The notes beneath the pieces were generated by a model. It did no database searches, was not told the origin of the DNA, and saw only the letters and a program-made list of their open reading frames with translations. A stretch of DNA of 64,000 nt from NCBI GenBank assembly GCA_963753995.1, contig CAVWEO010000001.1:4341-68340 (forward strand). The letters are read 5' to 3'. Positions 29,699-39,256 of the stretch are shown piece by piece (within the stretch, counting starts at the first letter, position 1; every line of letters starts with the position of its first letter). The position numbers were made by a program, and so were the translations under genes. The stretch is from an uncultured Actinomycetota bacterium. GTDB lineage: Bacteria > Actinomycetota > Actinomycetes > Mycobacteriales > Mycobacteriaceae.

Positions 29699-30883
29699 GT
29701 GAGTCCTGACATCAAGATCGTTTCCCCCGATGATCACCTGATGGAGCCGCCGCATCTGTGGGTGTCCCGCCTGCCGGCGCGCTACCACGACGTGGGGCCA
29801 CGCGTCGTACGTACCCGAGGACGGACGGACACCGATTCGACGGAGTTCAAGTTCGTCGAGGACGACGAGGGAAAACCGGCAGACCTGTGGTTGTACGAAG
29901 ACGTCAAGATGGCGATACCGCTGATCAGCGCGGCTGCTGGATACGACCTCGACGACCTCAACACGGATCCGATCACTTTCGACGAGATGCGACCGGGCTG
30001 CTACGAACCAAAGGCGCGGGTCCAGGATATGGAGGCTGCAGGTATTGAGGCCTCCGCCTGTTTTCCGAACAACTTCGTGCGGTTCTGTGGGCAGCGCTTC
30101 CTGTTCGGCAAGGACAAGGACCTCGCGAAGCTCTGCGTCGAGGCGTACAACGACTTCCAGATCGACGAGTGGTGCGGCGATTCGGACGGCCGGCTGATTC
30201 CGCTCGGCATCATCCCGTTGTGGGACGTCGAGCTGGCCGTGCAGGAGGTCCACCGCACCGCGAATCGCGGCATGCACGCGATGTGCTTCTCCGAGTTGCC
30301 CGCGCGACTGAAGTTGCCGTCTATCCATAGCGGTTACTGGGACCCGTTCTTCGCCGCGTGTGAGGAAACCCAGACCGCCATTCAGATGCACATCGGGTCG
30401 AGTTCGTCCTTCACCAAGTCCTCCGAGGATGCGCCGCACGTCGTCACCAGCACGACGATGGCGGTGAACTGCACCATTGCTATGGTCGACTGGCTCTTCT
30501 CCGGCAAGCTGATGGAGTTTCCGCGCCTCAAGATCGCCTTCGCCGAAGCTCAGGCCGGTTGGATCCCCTACTACTTGCAGCGGGCAGACGAGGTGTGGGA
30601 AAGCCGGCGCTCCTGGGGCGGCATCCACCCGCTGATCAAGGAGCCACCGAGCACGCAGGTTCCCGGCCGGGTCTTCTACTCCACCTTCGGCGATCCCGTC
30701 GCGTTCCGCCTTCTTGACCTGGTCGGCGAGGATCAGCTCATGTTCGAAACCGACTACCCGCACAACGACACCAACTGGCCGAACAGCCTCGAGGTCGCGA
30801 ACAAGGCCACGGCGGGCCTAGACGAAGAAACGAAGCGCAAGGTCCTGTCGACGAATGCCAAGGTGCTGTTCGGCATCGCCTGA
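29699..30883 (+). CDS. Amidohydrolase-fold protein (Amidohydro_2, PtmU3-like)
   Basis: SPDDHLMEPPHLW, MHIGS, FAEAQAGWIP, FETDYPHND. GTG 29699 follows AGGAG. Confidence 0.88.
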   Translation: MSPDIKIVSPDDHLMEPPHLWVSRLPARYHDVGPRVVRTRGRTDTDSTEFKFVEDDEGKPADLWLYEDVKMAIPLISAAAGYDLDDLNTDPITFDEMRPGCYEPKARVQDMEAAGIEASACFPNNFVRFCGQRFLFGKDKDLAKLCVEAYNDFQIDEWCGDSDGRLIPLGIIPLWDVELAVQEVHRTANRGMHAMCFSELPARLKLPSIHSGYWDPFFAACEETQTAIQMHIGSSSSFTKSSEDAPHVVTSTTMAVNCTIAMVDWLFSGKLMEFPRLKIAFAEAQAGWIPYYLQRADEVWESRRSWGGIHPLIKEPPSTQVPGRVFYSTFGDPVAFRLLDLVGEDQLMFETDYPHNDTNWPNSLEVANKATAGLDEETKRKVLSTNAKVLFGIA

Positions 30884-30918
30884 CCGGGTACCACCTCTAG
30901 CCAAAGGAGCCACAGCAG

Positions 30919-31449
30919 ATGCACCTCGACCGCGGCAGAAGGGCGCCTGCGCTCGGCGCGCCCAACCCTGATTTCATGGAGGAGTTCCCCGCTGGTGCGG
31001 TGAAGTTCGGCGTCGAGTATCGGGACATCAGCGGGTACAAGATCCCCGATTTCTGGGAGGCGGAGAAAGGCGCGCAGTTCGCCGATGCAGGCGTGACACT
31101 GCATGTCTTCGACGCCGACAGCGGGGTCGAACACATCCGCATCGACTGCTTCTCCGACGATCCGCACTATCACTACAGCTGCCAGGACACCGAGGAATAC
31201 CTCGTCGTTCGCTACGACGCGCCCGCCAACGGTGACGACATGCTCGGATGGGCACTGAATTGCTTCCGCGGCCGGCTAGGGCCGATGCTCGCCAGCAGCC
31301 GGGGCGGCAAGGAGCTGGCGGACAAGGTCGACGACACGCTCGTCGCCGATGCGCTGGACCGTGTTGAGGATGCGGCGCGCCGGATCCAGAAGAGCCCGCC
31401 TCCGATCCCGCGGTCCCCCGAGGTGCCGGGACTCTCCTCGGTGAGCTGA
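30919..31449 (+). CDS. Hypothetical protein with GVTLHV...RIDCF..DPHYHY motif
   Basis: AAGGAG RBS, coding-like codon usage, followed by a terminator. Confidence 0.7.
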   Translation: MHLDRGRRAPALGAPNPDFMEEFPAGAVKFGVEYRDISGYKIPDFWEAEKGAQFADAGVTLHVFDADSGVEHIRIDCFSDDPHYHYSCQDTEEYLVVRYDAPANGDDMLGWALNCFRGRLGPMLASSRGGKELADKVDDTLVADALDRVEDAARRIQKSPPPIPRSPEVPGLSSVS

Positions 31450-31463
31450 TCGGAGTGTCCGGC

Positions 31464-31511
31464 GCGGGTGTTCGGGTCGCGATCCGACTCGGACACCCGC
31501 TTTCAGCTTTT
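31464..31511 (+). terminator. Intrinsic terminator
   Basis: 16-bp stem GCGGGTGTTCGGGTCG / CGACTCGGACACCCGC (two G-U pairs), 5-nt loop, then TTTCAGCTTTT. Confidence 0.8.
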
Positions 31512-31588
31512 CGGCGGGCGGCATGCCGCGCGCGTGACAGGCGGCCTACACGGCATCGCGGTGTGGTGTGCGCTGCGCTGCGCACGTC

Positions 31589-31631
31589 GTAAACATAAGT
31601 GTTGACGGACATCGAACGCCGCCTCTACAGT
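31589..31631 (+). promoter_or_regulatory. Operator GTAAAC-ATAAGT-GTTGAC (31589-31606) overlapping promoter TTGACG-N18-TACAGT
   Basis: -35 at 31602-31607, -10 at 31626-31631; near copy of the 28230 promoter. Confidence 0.75.
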
Positions 31632-31711
31632 CGCGGTGACACGGGACACATCAACGAGACACTGGCGCGCCGTGTATCCGCTAGCGCCGGGCGTGTGGAG
31701 GTCTTGGCGTA

Positions 31712-34465
31712 ATGAGTTCAGTGCTCCCGTTCCTCGTCGTCGGGGTCACCGTCGGGTCGGTGTACTCCCTGGCGGGCGTCGGCTTGGTGCTGACATACAA
31801 GACGTCCGGGATCTTCAACTTCGGCCATGGCGCGTTGGCGACCCTGTCCGCGTACCTGTTCTACACACTGCACTTCACCCATCACCTGGCCTGGCCGTTG
31901 GCCGCCCTGATCAGCGTCGGGGCGCTCGGGGTGGTGCTCGGAATCGGCTTCGAACGATTCGCACGCCAGCTGTCGCAGGTCAGCGTCGCCTGGCAGATTG
32001 CATCTACCATCGGTGTGCTGCTCTCCGTTCAGGCGCTGTGCGCGATTTTCTACAGCACCGACGAGCGCACATTCCCGAACTTCTTGCCAACCTCGACCTT
32101 CCGCGTCGCAGGCACGAACGTCGGGTACAACCAGCTCATCATCGTCGCGATCTCGTTGTTCGCGACCGCCGCGCTGTACATCGCTTTCCGAGTCACCAGG
32201 GTCGGCATCGCGACCCGCGCGGTTGTCGAAGCCGCCGACCTGCTGGCGATGGCCGGCACCAATCCCCGACTGGTACGCCGCTGGGCGTGGGTAGTGGGGT
32301 GCTGGTTCGCGGCGCTGTCCGGACTGCTCATCGCGCCCAGCCTCCCGCTCGACCCGTTCGCACTGACGTTGCTCATCGTCCAGGCGTTCGGAGCCGCGGC
32401 CATCGGCAACTTCGCCAGCCTGCCGATGACCTGGGTCGGCGGCATGATCATCGGCGTCGTCGGGTCCCTCGCCACGCGTTACGGCGGACAGCATCAGATC
32501 ATCAATGGCCTGTCACCCGGCCTGCCGTTCATCGCGTTGTTCCTGGTACTGCTGCTCTATCCGAAAACGCGGTTGCGGATTCGGCAACGCGTGATGCGCG
32601 TGCAGCCCACCAGTTGGCGCGCGCCGAACCGGATACAGATCGCCCTCGGTGTCGTCTTCATCGCCCTGCTCGCACTGTTGCCCGATCTGGTGGGGTACCG
32701 GCTCGATTCCTTCACACTGCTGCTGACCAGCCTGCTGCTGTTCCTCTCGCTGGGGTTGCTCGTCCGCGTGGCCGGCCAGGTCTCCCTATGCCAGCTGAGC
32801 TTCGCCGCCATCGGCGCAGTCGTATGCTCGCAACTGAGCGTCGAGCACCACGTGCCATGGCCGCTCGCCCTTGTGATCGGCGGACTCGCGACGGTGCCGA
32901 TCGGCGCCCTGCTCGCCATCCCCGCCATCCGGCTCTCCGGCCTCTACCTGGCACTCGCGACATTCGGTTTCGGACTGCTCCTGCAACAGATGTTCTATCC
33001 GTCGGGGTTGATGTTCGGCATCACCGGGTTGGGCGTCGAATTACGGCGGCCGCACCTGTCGTGGTTGACGCTCGATTCAGAACGCGGGTTCTACTACGTC
33101 GTCCTGTGCATCACGATCATCGTTGCACTCGGCATGGTGGCGCTGAACCGCTCTCGTCTCGGCCGGCTGCTCCGTGGTGTGGCCGACTCCCCCACGATGA
33201 TGGTCGCCTCCGGCAACGGAATCATGGTCCCGCTCGTCCTCGTCTTCTGTATCTCCGCGTTCGTGGCGGGGATGGCTGGCGCACTGCAGGGGATGGTGTT
33301 CGGCCAGGTCACCGGGGTGAACTTCGACCCGGTGCAATCGCTGGTCTACCTGGCAGTGGTGATGATCGCGCTCGGATCGGAGCCGTGGTACGCACTCGTC
33401 GGCGCGGCCGGTTTGAACCTGTTGCCCATCTACATCACGTCCTCGCTGATCGGCTTCTACCTTCAGCTCGGCTTCGGCGCAATCGCGATCGCCATCGCGC
33501 TCGGCGGACAGCCGCACTCGCGGCTCAAGGCGGTGATCATGGCTCGTCAGTGGCTCGACCGAGTGTTCGGCAAGCCGAGCGTCGCAACCGAGCTTGCACG
33601 CTCGTCTACAACGGGCGCAGCTCTGGTCGGCACGACGGCTCGCGCATCGACCGACGGTGGCAGCCTGTCAGTAGAGGTGCGCGACCTGACAGTGCGGTTC
33701 AGCGGCCTCGTCGCCGTTCAGAATTTGACGCTGACCGCGCGGCCTGGACTCCTGACCGGCCTGATCGGCCCCAACGGAGCCGGCAAGACAACAGTGCTCA
33801 ACGCATGCTCCGGATTCGTCTCTCCGACGAACGGTCAAATCCGCCTCAACGACGTCAACGTTTCGCGCAAGAGCCCCGCTCGGCGGGCCCGAATGGGCCT
33901 GGGCCGCAGCTTCCAACAGATGGAACTGTGCGACTCGCTGTCGGTGTGGGACAACGTTGCCATCGGCAGCGAGGGGGCACTCGCCGGAGCACGTATCAGC
34001 CGACAGATCTTCGGCAGGCGCAGTGATGCCCGCACCATCCGGACGAGCACCGAGTGGGCATTGACGCGCTGCGGTCTAGCCGGCATCGCTGACGTTCAGG
34101 TCGGCGAGTTGTCCAGCGCGGAGCGCCGGTTCGTCGAGCTGGCGCGCTGTTTGGCCGGCCCGTTCAAGGCATTCCTACTCGACGAACCGTCGTCCGGATT
34201 GGATACCGGTGCCACGCAGCGGCTCGGGCGCCTGCTGCGCGACCTGGTCGAGCAGGACGGCGTCACCATCCTGCTCGTCGAGCACGACATGTCACTGGTC
34301 ATGTCAGTGTGCGACGACATCTACGTGATGGACTTCGGCAAGCTGCTGATGCACGGCAGCCCGCGCGAAGTGCAGGCCAGTGAGGCTGTCCGCCTGTCGT
34401 ACCTCGGCGTCGGTTCGCCGTTGCTCGCCGACGAGCTCGACGCCCAAGAGGAGCTCGCAACATGA
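31712..34465 (+). CDS. Fused ABC transporter LivH-LivM-LivG (paralog of 6029-8785)
   Basis: YKTSGIFNFGHG, GQVSLCQ, GPNGAGKTT, LLDEPSSG; collinear with the 918-aa paralog. Confidence 0.92.
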   Translation: MSSVLPFLVVGVTVGSVYSLAGVGLVLTYKTSGIFNFGHGALATLSAYLFYTLHFTHHLAWPLAALISVGALGVVLGIGFERFARQLSQVSVAWQIASTIGVLLSVQALCAIFYSTDERTFPNFLPTSTFRVAGTNVGYNQLIIVAISLFATAALYIAFRVTRVGIATRAVVEAADLLAMAGTNPRLVRRWAWVVGCWFAALSGLLIAPSLPLDPFALTLLIVQAFGAAAIGNFASLPMTWVGGMIIGVVGSLATRYGGQHQIINGLSPGLPFIALFLVLLLYPKTRLRIRQRVMRVQPTSWRAPNRIQIALGVVFIALLALLPDLVGYRLDSFTLLLTSLLLFLSLGLLVRVAGQVSLCQLSFAAIGAVVCSQLSVEHHVPWPLALVIGGLATVPIGALLAIPAIRLSGLYLALATFGFGLLLQQMFYPSGLMFGITGLGVELRRPHLSWLTLDSERGFYYVVLCITIIVALGMVALNRSRLGRLLRGVADSPTMMVASGNGIMVPLVLVFCISAFVAGMAGALQGMVFGQVTGVNFDPVQSLVYLAVVMIALGSEPWYALVGAAGLNLLPIYITSSLIGFYLQLGFGAIAIAIALGGQPHSRLKAVIMARQWLDRVFGKPSVATELARSSTTGAALVGTTARASTDGGSLSVEVRDLTVRFSGLVAVQNLTLTARPGLLTGLIGPNGAGKTTVLNACSGFVSPTNGQIRLNDVNVSRKSPARRARMGLGRSFQQMELCDSLSVWDNVAIGSEGALAGARISRQIFGRRSDARTIRTSTEWALTRCGLAGIADVQVGELSSAERRFVELARCLAGPFKAFLLDEPSSGLDTGATQRLGRLLRDLVEQDGVTILLVEHDMSLVMSVCDDIYVMDFGKLLMHGSPREVQASEAVRLSYLGVGSPLLADELDAQEELAT

Positions 34466-35190
34466 CCGATTCACTTCCCATCGCGGATTCGTCGTTCTTC
34501 GCGCTGCGCTCGGTACGGGCCGGCTACGGCAGCGTCGAAGTGCTGCACGACATCGACTTCTCGGTGCCGCCCGGTTCGGTCGTCGCCCTGATCGGCGCGA
34601 ACGGAGCGGGCAAGACCACTTTGCTCAAGGTCGCGGCGGGAATCATCGGCACCAAATCGGGCTCGATCGTGTTCGACGGGCAGGACACCACCGGCATGCC
34701 GACGTATCGGCGAGCCGAGAAGGGCGTATGTCTCATCCCGGAAGGTCGCGGCATCTTCCGCGGTCTCAGCGTGCGGGAGAACCTGCGCCTGGCCGTCCCG
34801 CCGTGGGCCAGTTCCACCGACTACAGCGAGGCGGTCACCGCCTTCCCGGTGCTCGGGCGGCGGCTCAAGCAGCTGGCCGGGACGCTTTCCGGCGGCGAGC
34901 AGCAGATGCTGGCGATGGCACGCGCGTATCTGTCCAAGCCAAAACTGATCCTGATCGACGAACTGTCACTCGGTCTCGCTCCGGTCATCGTGGACCAGAT
35001 GTTCGAGTCCGTGCAGGCGCTCGCGAACTCGGGCGTATCGATCGTCATCGTCGAGCAATACGTCCACCGCGTGCTGGAACTCGCCGGGCTCGCATACATC
35101 CTCGTGCACGGCAGGATGGCATGGCACGGCGAACCGGATGCCATCGATGACGACCTGCTGATGAGCAGTTACCTCGGCCAGGTCAGCTGA
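34462..35190 (+). CDS. ABC transporter ATP-binding protein (LivF-like)
   Basis: GANGAGKTT, LSGGEQQMLA, IDELSLGLAP. Confidence 0.93.
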   Translation: MTDSLPIADSSFFALRSVRAGYGSVEVLHDIDFSVPPGSVVALIGANGAGKTTLLKVAAGIIGTKSGSIVFDGQDTTGMPTYRRAEKGVCLIPEGRGIFRGLSVRENLRLAVPPWASSTDYSEAVTAFPVLGRRLKQLAGTLSGGEQQMLAMARAYLSKPKLILIDELSLGLAPVIVDQMFESVQALANSGVSIVIVEQYVHRVLELAGLAYILVHGRMAWHGEPDAIDDDLLMSSYLGQVS

Positions 35191-36062
35191 TGGCCGGGCA
35201 ACGCCCGCTCGAGGGCAGAGTCGCGCTCATCACCGGCGGCGGTCGCGGGCTGGGCCGCTGTGCCGCGCTGGAAATGGCACGGGCCGGCGCAGACGTCGTC
35301 GTCGCGGACCTGTTCAAGGACGACGAAGGTTACGCCGCGGACCAGGTCGTCGCCGAGATCGTCGCCCTCGGTGCGAGGGGAGCGGCTACCTACGACGACG
35401 TCTCCGACGCACAAGCCGCGGCGGCGATGGCATCGGTCGCGCTGGACACCTTCGGCCGCCTGGACATCCTTGCCACCTTCGCCGGCAACGCGCGGATGAA
35501 ACCGATACTCGAGGTCACGCCCGAAGAGTTCGACGAGTCGCTCTCGGTGCACCTCAAAGGCACCTTCAACAGCATCAAGGCCGCGCTGCCGTCGATGCTG
35601 GCGCAGGGCTGGGGCCGGATCATCACGGTCAGCTCCCGCGCGGCGCTGCCGCGCGGTCCGATCCAGGCGCCGGTACCCGCGTACTCGGCTGCCAAGGCCG
35701 GCATCATGGGTCTCACCGCGGCGGTCGCCCTGGAGATGGAGCGCACCGCGCCAGGGGTCACCATCAACTGCCTGCTACCCAGCGCGCAGACCCAGCTCTT
35801 TCCGATGGCCGGCCCGCGAGCCTTCGGCGGGCTGCCGGCGGCGATCACGTCCGACCCCGACTACGTCGCGCCCGTCGTCGCCTTTCTCGCGACCGAGGAG
35901 GCGGGCGCCATCAACGGGCGGTTCGTCTACGCGGCCGGCGGTGACATCTGCATCTACACACCGCCCTTCCAGGTCGGCGAGGCGAGCTGCATCGTGCGCA
36001 AGGCGGGTCGGTGGGACGTTGCCGAACTCGGATCGACGCTGCTGCCGGTCGTGACCAGCTGA
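35190..36062 (+). CDS. SDR family oxidoreductase
   Basis: TGGGRGLG, YSAAK. Confidence 0.9.
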   Translation: MAGQRPLEGRVALITGGGRGLGRCAALEMARAGADVVVADLFKDDEGYAADQVVAEIVALGARGAATYDDVSDAQAAAAMASVALDTFGRLDILATFAGNARMKPILEVTPEEFDESLSVHLKGTFNSIKAALPSMLAQGWGRIITVSSRAALPRGPIQAPVPAYSAAKAGIMGLTAAVALEMERTAPGVTINCLLPSAQTQLFPMAGPRAFGGLPAAITSDPDYVAPVVAFLATEEAGAINGRFVYAAGGDICIYTPPFQVGEASCIVRKAGRWDVAELGSTLLPVVTS

Positions 36063-36095
36063 GATGGGCCCTCGAGCCCACGCGGCGGCCCGACC

Positions 36096-37010
36096 GTGAC
36101 CGGACAGCCGGGGACCGCGGACATCCGCGAGCGGCGCGCGGCCTATGACGAGTGGATCCAGGGCCTGTTCACCGCGCAGCGCCACGGGGCGGGCGACGGA
36201 CTGGGCAGCCTGAACTATATCGACGCGGCGGCGCGGCGGCGCGGCTGCGAGGCGATGTCCACCGGGGTCGCGATCAGCCTGGCGCGGGACTTGGCCGGTG
36301 GGCCGACGGTGCGACACGACGGCGGTTCGGCGTTCGAGATGGAGTTGTTCGAGACGAACATCCCCGCCGTCGAACTCGACATTCGATCCGATCGCATCGT
36401 GCTGGACTGCCACGGCCTGGCCAACACGCACATCGATGCGCTCAACCACATGGGCTTCCGCGGATCCTGGTACGTCGATCCGGACGCCGCGGCGGGCAGT
36501 GGATCGATCGGCGAACTGGCCCGCTTCGGCATCTTCACCCGAGCCGTGTATGTCGATGTCGCCGCGGTTCGCGGGCAGCCCTACGTCGCGGTCGAGCACC
36601 CTGTCACAGCTGAGGACATCGAGACGGCGCTCGCCGAGTCCGGCGTGCAATTCCAACCCGGTGACGCGCTGCTCATCGACTGTGGTCGGGACCGGTTCGA
36701 CGAGCTGGTGGCGCCGTGGTCGGAGCAGAGCGCGCGCCCCGGCGTCGGCGAGAGCGCCGGTCGCTGGCTCGCGGACAACCAGCCGGGGCTGCTGTGCTGG
36801 GACATGTTGGACGCGTTCAGCGACGCGCAGGTGAACGGCTCCATCCACCGGCTGCACTGGGCGATCGGGCTGGTGCTCGTCGACAACTGCGACTTCGCCC
36901 GGCTGCGCCCGGCGATGGTGAACCGGCCACCGATCGGCGCGCTGGTGGTCGCGCCGCTGTGCGTGGCCGGCGCGACCGGATCGAACGTGAACCCGCTGCT
37001 GCTCGTCTAG
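36096..37010 (+). CDS. Cyclase-family (kynurenine formamidase-like) metal-dependent hydrolase
   Basis: HGLANTHIDALNH, QPGDALLI, GATGSNVNP. Confidence 0.83.
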   Translation: MTGQPGTADIRERRAAYDEWIQGLFTAQRHGAGDGLGSLNYIDAAARRRGCEAMSTGVAISLARDLAGGPTVRHDGGSAFEMELFETNIPAVELDIRSDRIVLDCHGLANTHIDALNHMGFRGSWYVDPDAAAGSGSIGELARFGIFTRAVYVDVAAVRGQPYVAVEHPVTAEDIETALAESGVQFQPGDALLIDCGRDRFDELVAPWSEQSARPGVGESAGRWLADNQPGLLCWDMLDAFSDAQVNGSIHRLHWAIGLVLVDNCDFARLRPAMVNRPPIGALVVAPLCVAGATGSNVNPLLLV

Positions 37011-37022
37011 CGGCTCTGGTGA

Positions 37023-37040
37023 GTCAACTTTGATGTTGAT
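37023..37040. promoter_or_regulatory. Operator GTCAAC-TTTGAT-GTTGAT upstream of the cupin gene
   Basis: Intergenic, one mismatch. Confidence 0.7.
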
Positions 37041-37103
37041 AGAATGCCGCAGACGATGGGCGCAGGTCGGCGCCCGACCCACGGATTCGTGGAAGGTGCG
37101 GCG

Positions 37104-37544
37104 ATGAGCAGCGAAATTCAGCCGGAAGCCACCAAGCGCAGGCCTCAACTTCATGCCAGCTGGGTCGACCCGGGAACATGGAAGAACCACCCCTTGCACG
37201 ACCTGAAGAGTTGCCGATTCATGATCGGCGATCCGGACAACAGCGACTCGGTCGCGGTCGTGGTAGTCGAGTACGCGCCCGGCGCGGTCGTAGGTGCGCA
37301 CTTCCACCGCACGGACTACACCTCGGTCGTCGTGCGCGGATCGATGAAGGTGACGAACAAGGTCGAGCAGACGGGTTCGATCCGCTTCGTCACCGCAGGC
37401 ACTGGCTACGGCCCGCTCGTCGCGGGCCCCGAAGGATGCACTGTGATCGACATCTTCACGCTCGGGGACAAGACACCGGATTTCATCGGTGCGCAGTACT
37501 TCGAACCGCCGCAGGCACATGAGCAGGCCGCACCCGCGATCTAG
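37104..37544 (+). CDS. Small cupin-domain protein
   Basis: YAPGAVVGAHFH, VVRGSM, AGTGYGPLVAGPEGC. Confidence 0.75.
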   Translation: MSSEIQPEATKRRPQLHASWVDPGTWKNHPLHDLKSCRFMIGDPDNSDSVAVVVVEYAPGAVVGAHFHRTDYTSVVVRGSMKVTNKVEQTGSIRFVTAGTGYGPLVAGPEGCTVIDIFTLGDKTPDFIGAQYFEPPQAHEQAAPAI

Positions 37545-37604
37545 CGCCGGTAACCGGCCCCGCACCCGGCGACGGCCCGACGCCGGCACTGCGATGCGAC
37601 CGGC

Positions 37605-38835
37605 CTACCGCAGCGGAGCCCGGCTGATCATCGCGCCCGAGCCGTGACCCAGTAGACCGGTGGCCACCACGACATGGTCGGCCCGGGCGACCTGGCGCTC
37701 GCGCGCGCGACCCTGAACCTGCAACGTCGCCTCGATCCAGTGGCCGATTCCGTGCAACCGCCCCTCACTGAGGTTCCCGCCGAAGGTGTTCACCGGGAGC
37801 GCACCCTCGAGCTCGACTCGCCCGTCCTGGATGAACTGCCACGCCTCGCCCTCGGCGCAGAAGCCCAGCCCCTCCAGCCAGAAGTAGACATCCGGTCCGA
37901 ACCCGTCGTAGAGCATTGCCGCGTCGACATCGGCGGGGCGCAGACCTGAGCTCGCCCAGATACCGTCGCCGATCGCGCGCGCGGTGTGCCTGGCTGCCGT
38001 CGAACAGCGCCGGACCCAGATCGAGCGGGGTCGCCGTCGGCCGTCCCGGCAGGAAGCTCGCCTGGCCGAGCCCGGTCACGAAAGCCGGGGCGTGCGGCAG
38101 ACTCTCGGCACGATCTGCGCCCGTCAACACGATTGCCCCGGCGCCGTCGACCGGGATGTCGCAGTCGAGCATGTTGAGTGGTTCGGCGATCATCGGCGCC
38201 GCCAGGTAGTCGGCGAGTGTCAGCGGGGTATCGCGGAAGTACGCGCTCGGATTGCGGTTGGCGCCGCGTCGCTGCGCCACCACGAGCGCGCCTAGGGCAT
38301 CCCGGTCCGCGCGGTACTGCTTCAGGTAGCGCATGTACGCGAGCGCGAAGGTCATCGGTGCGCCGGTCAGGCCGTAGGGCAACGAATACGCGTCGGCGTC
38401 CGACACCGCCCCACCGTCGTGGCTGCGCTGGTATGCACCCGAGCGCGGCATGTGCAGCGCGCGCCACACCACGGCGTAGTCGCATCGCCCGAACGCGAGC
38501 GCCATAACCGCCTGCTCGATCGCGGTGCTGACGTTGCCGCTCTGCGTCTCCGCCCACCAGCGCACATTGCGCAACCCGAGCCGGCTCACCAACCAGCCCG
38601 TGGAGACGAAGCTGCGTCCGTCCCCCGATTCGGACCCGGCGTTGCCGCCCGGGAACGCCGGGAACGTGGCCGCGCCGTCGATGTCCTCGAGTTCCAGTCC
38701 GGCGTCGGTCACCGCCGCCCGTACCGCGTCGGCGGCGAGCAGACCCAGCGGGCGCGGCAGGCGCCGTCCGATCTGCGAGTGTCCCACGCCGACGACGGCG
38801 ACGGGACGGTCCGGCTCGAAGCCTTGTCGGATCAC
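37605..38835 (-). CDS. Thiolase-superfamily protein (Ltp2-like), split by a 1-nt frameshift near 37985
   Basis: ORF 37765-38835 (LDCDIPVDGAGA) continues in the frame of 37605-37916 (LYDGF, NTFGGNLSEGRLHG); paralog of 19678-20862. Confidence 0.85.
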
Positions 38836-39239
38836 CGGCGATCCAGCGCGAACTGCAGAATCGTCCGATCGCCTCGTGACTCGAACGCCGCGCGGACGCG
38901 CAGACCGATGTCCAGCTCACCCACTTGGTAGCTGCCGATGAGGTTCGTCGTCAGATACAGGTCGGGCTGCTCATCGAGAGCGACCGAGACCACCACGTAC
39001 GGAAGGTCCTCGTCGAAGCCGGCAACCCATGTTCGGTGCGCGACCGTGTAGGTATAGATCACTCCCAGGCCGGACACCGCCGACCATTCGTAATCTTCGT
39101 TGCCGCACTCGGGACACAGCAGCGGCCACCGCTGCTGGTAGCGATCGCATGCCGTGCACCGCGGCAGCACGACGCGGCCTTCGGCGTGCGCGTTCCAGTA
39201 CGGCCCATCGTCGACGCCGGGAACTGGGACCGGTTTCAC
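38832..39239 (-). CDS. DUF35 Zn-ribbon/OB-fold protein
   Basis: PYW..GRVVLPRCTAC..CPECG, SGLGVIYTYT. GTG start at 39239. Confidence 0.88.
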   Translation of the reverse strand: MKPVPVPGVDDGPYWNAHAEGRVVLPRCTACDRYQQRWPLLCPECGNEDYEWSAVSGLGVIYTYTVAHRTWVAGFDEDLPYVVVSVALDEQPDLYLTTNLIGSYQVGELDIGLRVRAAFESRGDRTILQFALDRR

Positions 39240-39256
39240 GTCACGATGTCCGGCGA

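Noticed and set aside
37980-37995. Programmed ribosomal frameshift in the thiolase-like gene (also at 54535)
   Set aside because: No slippery heptamer or stimulatory structure is evident; sequencing error is simpler.
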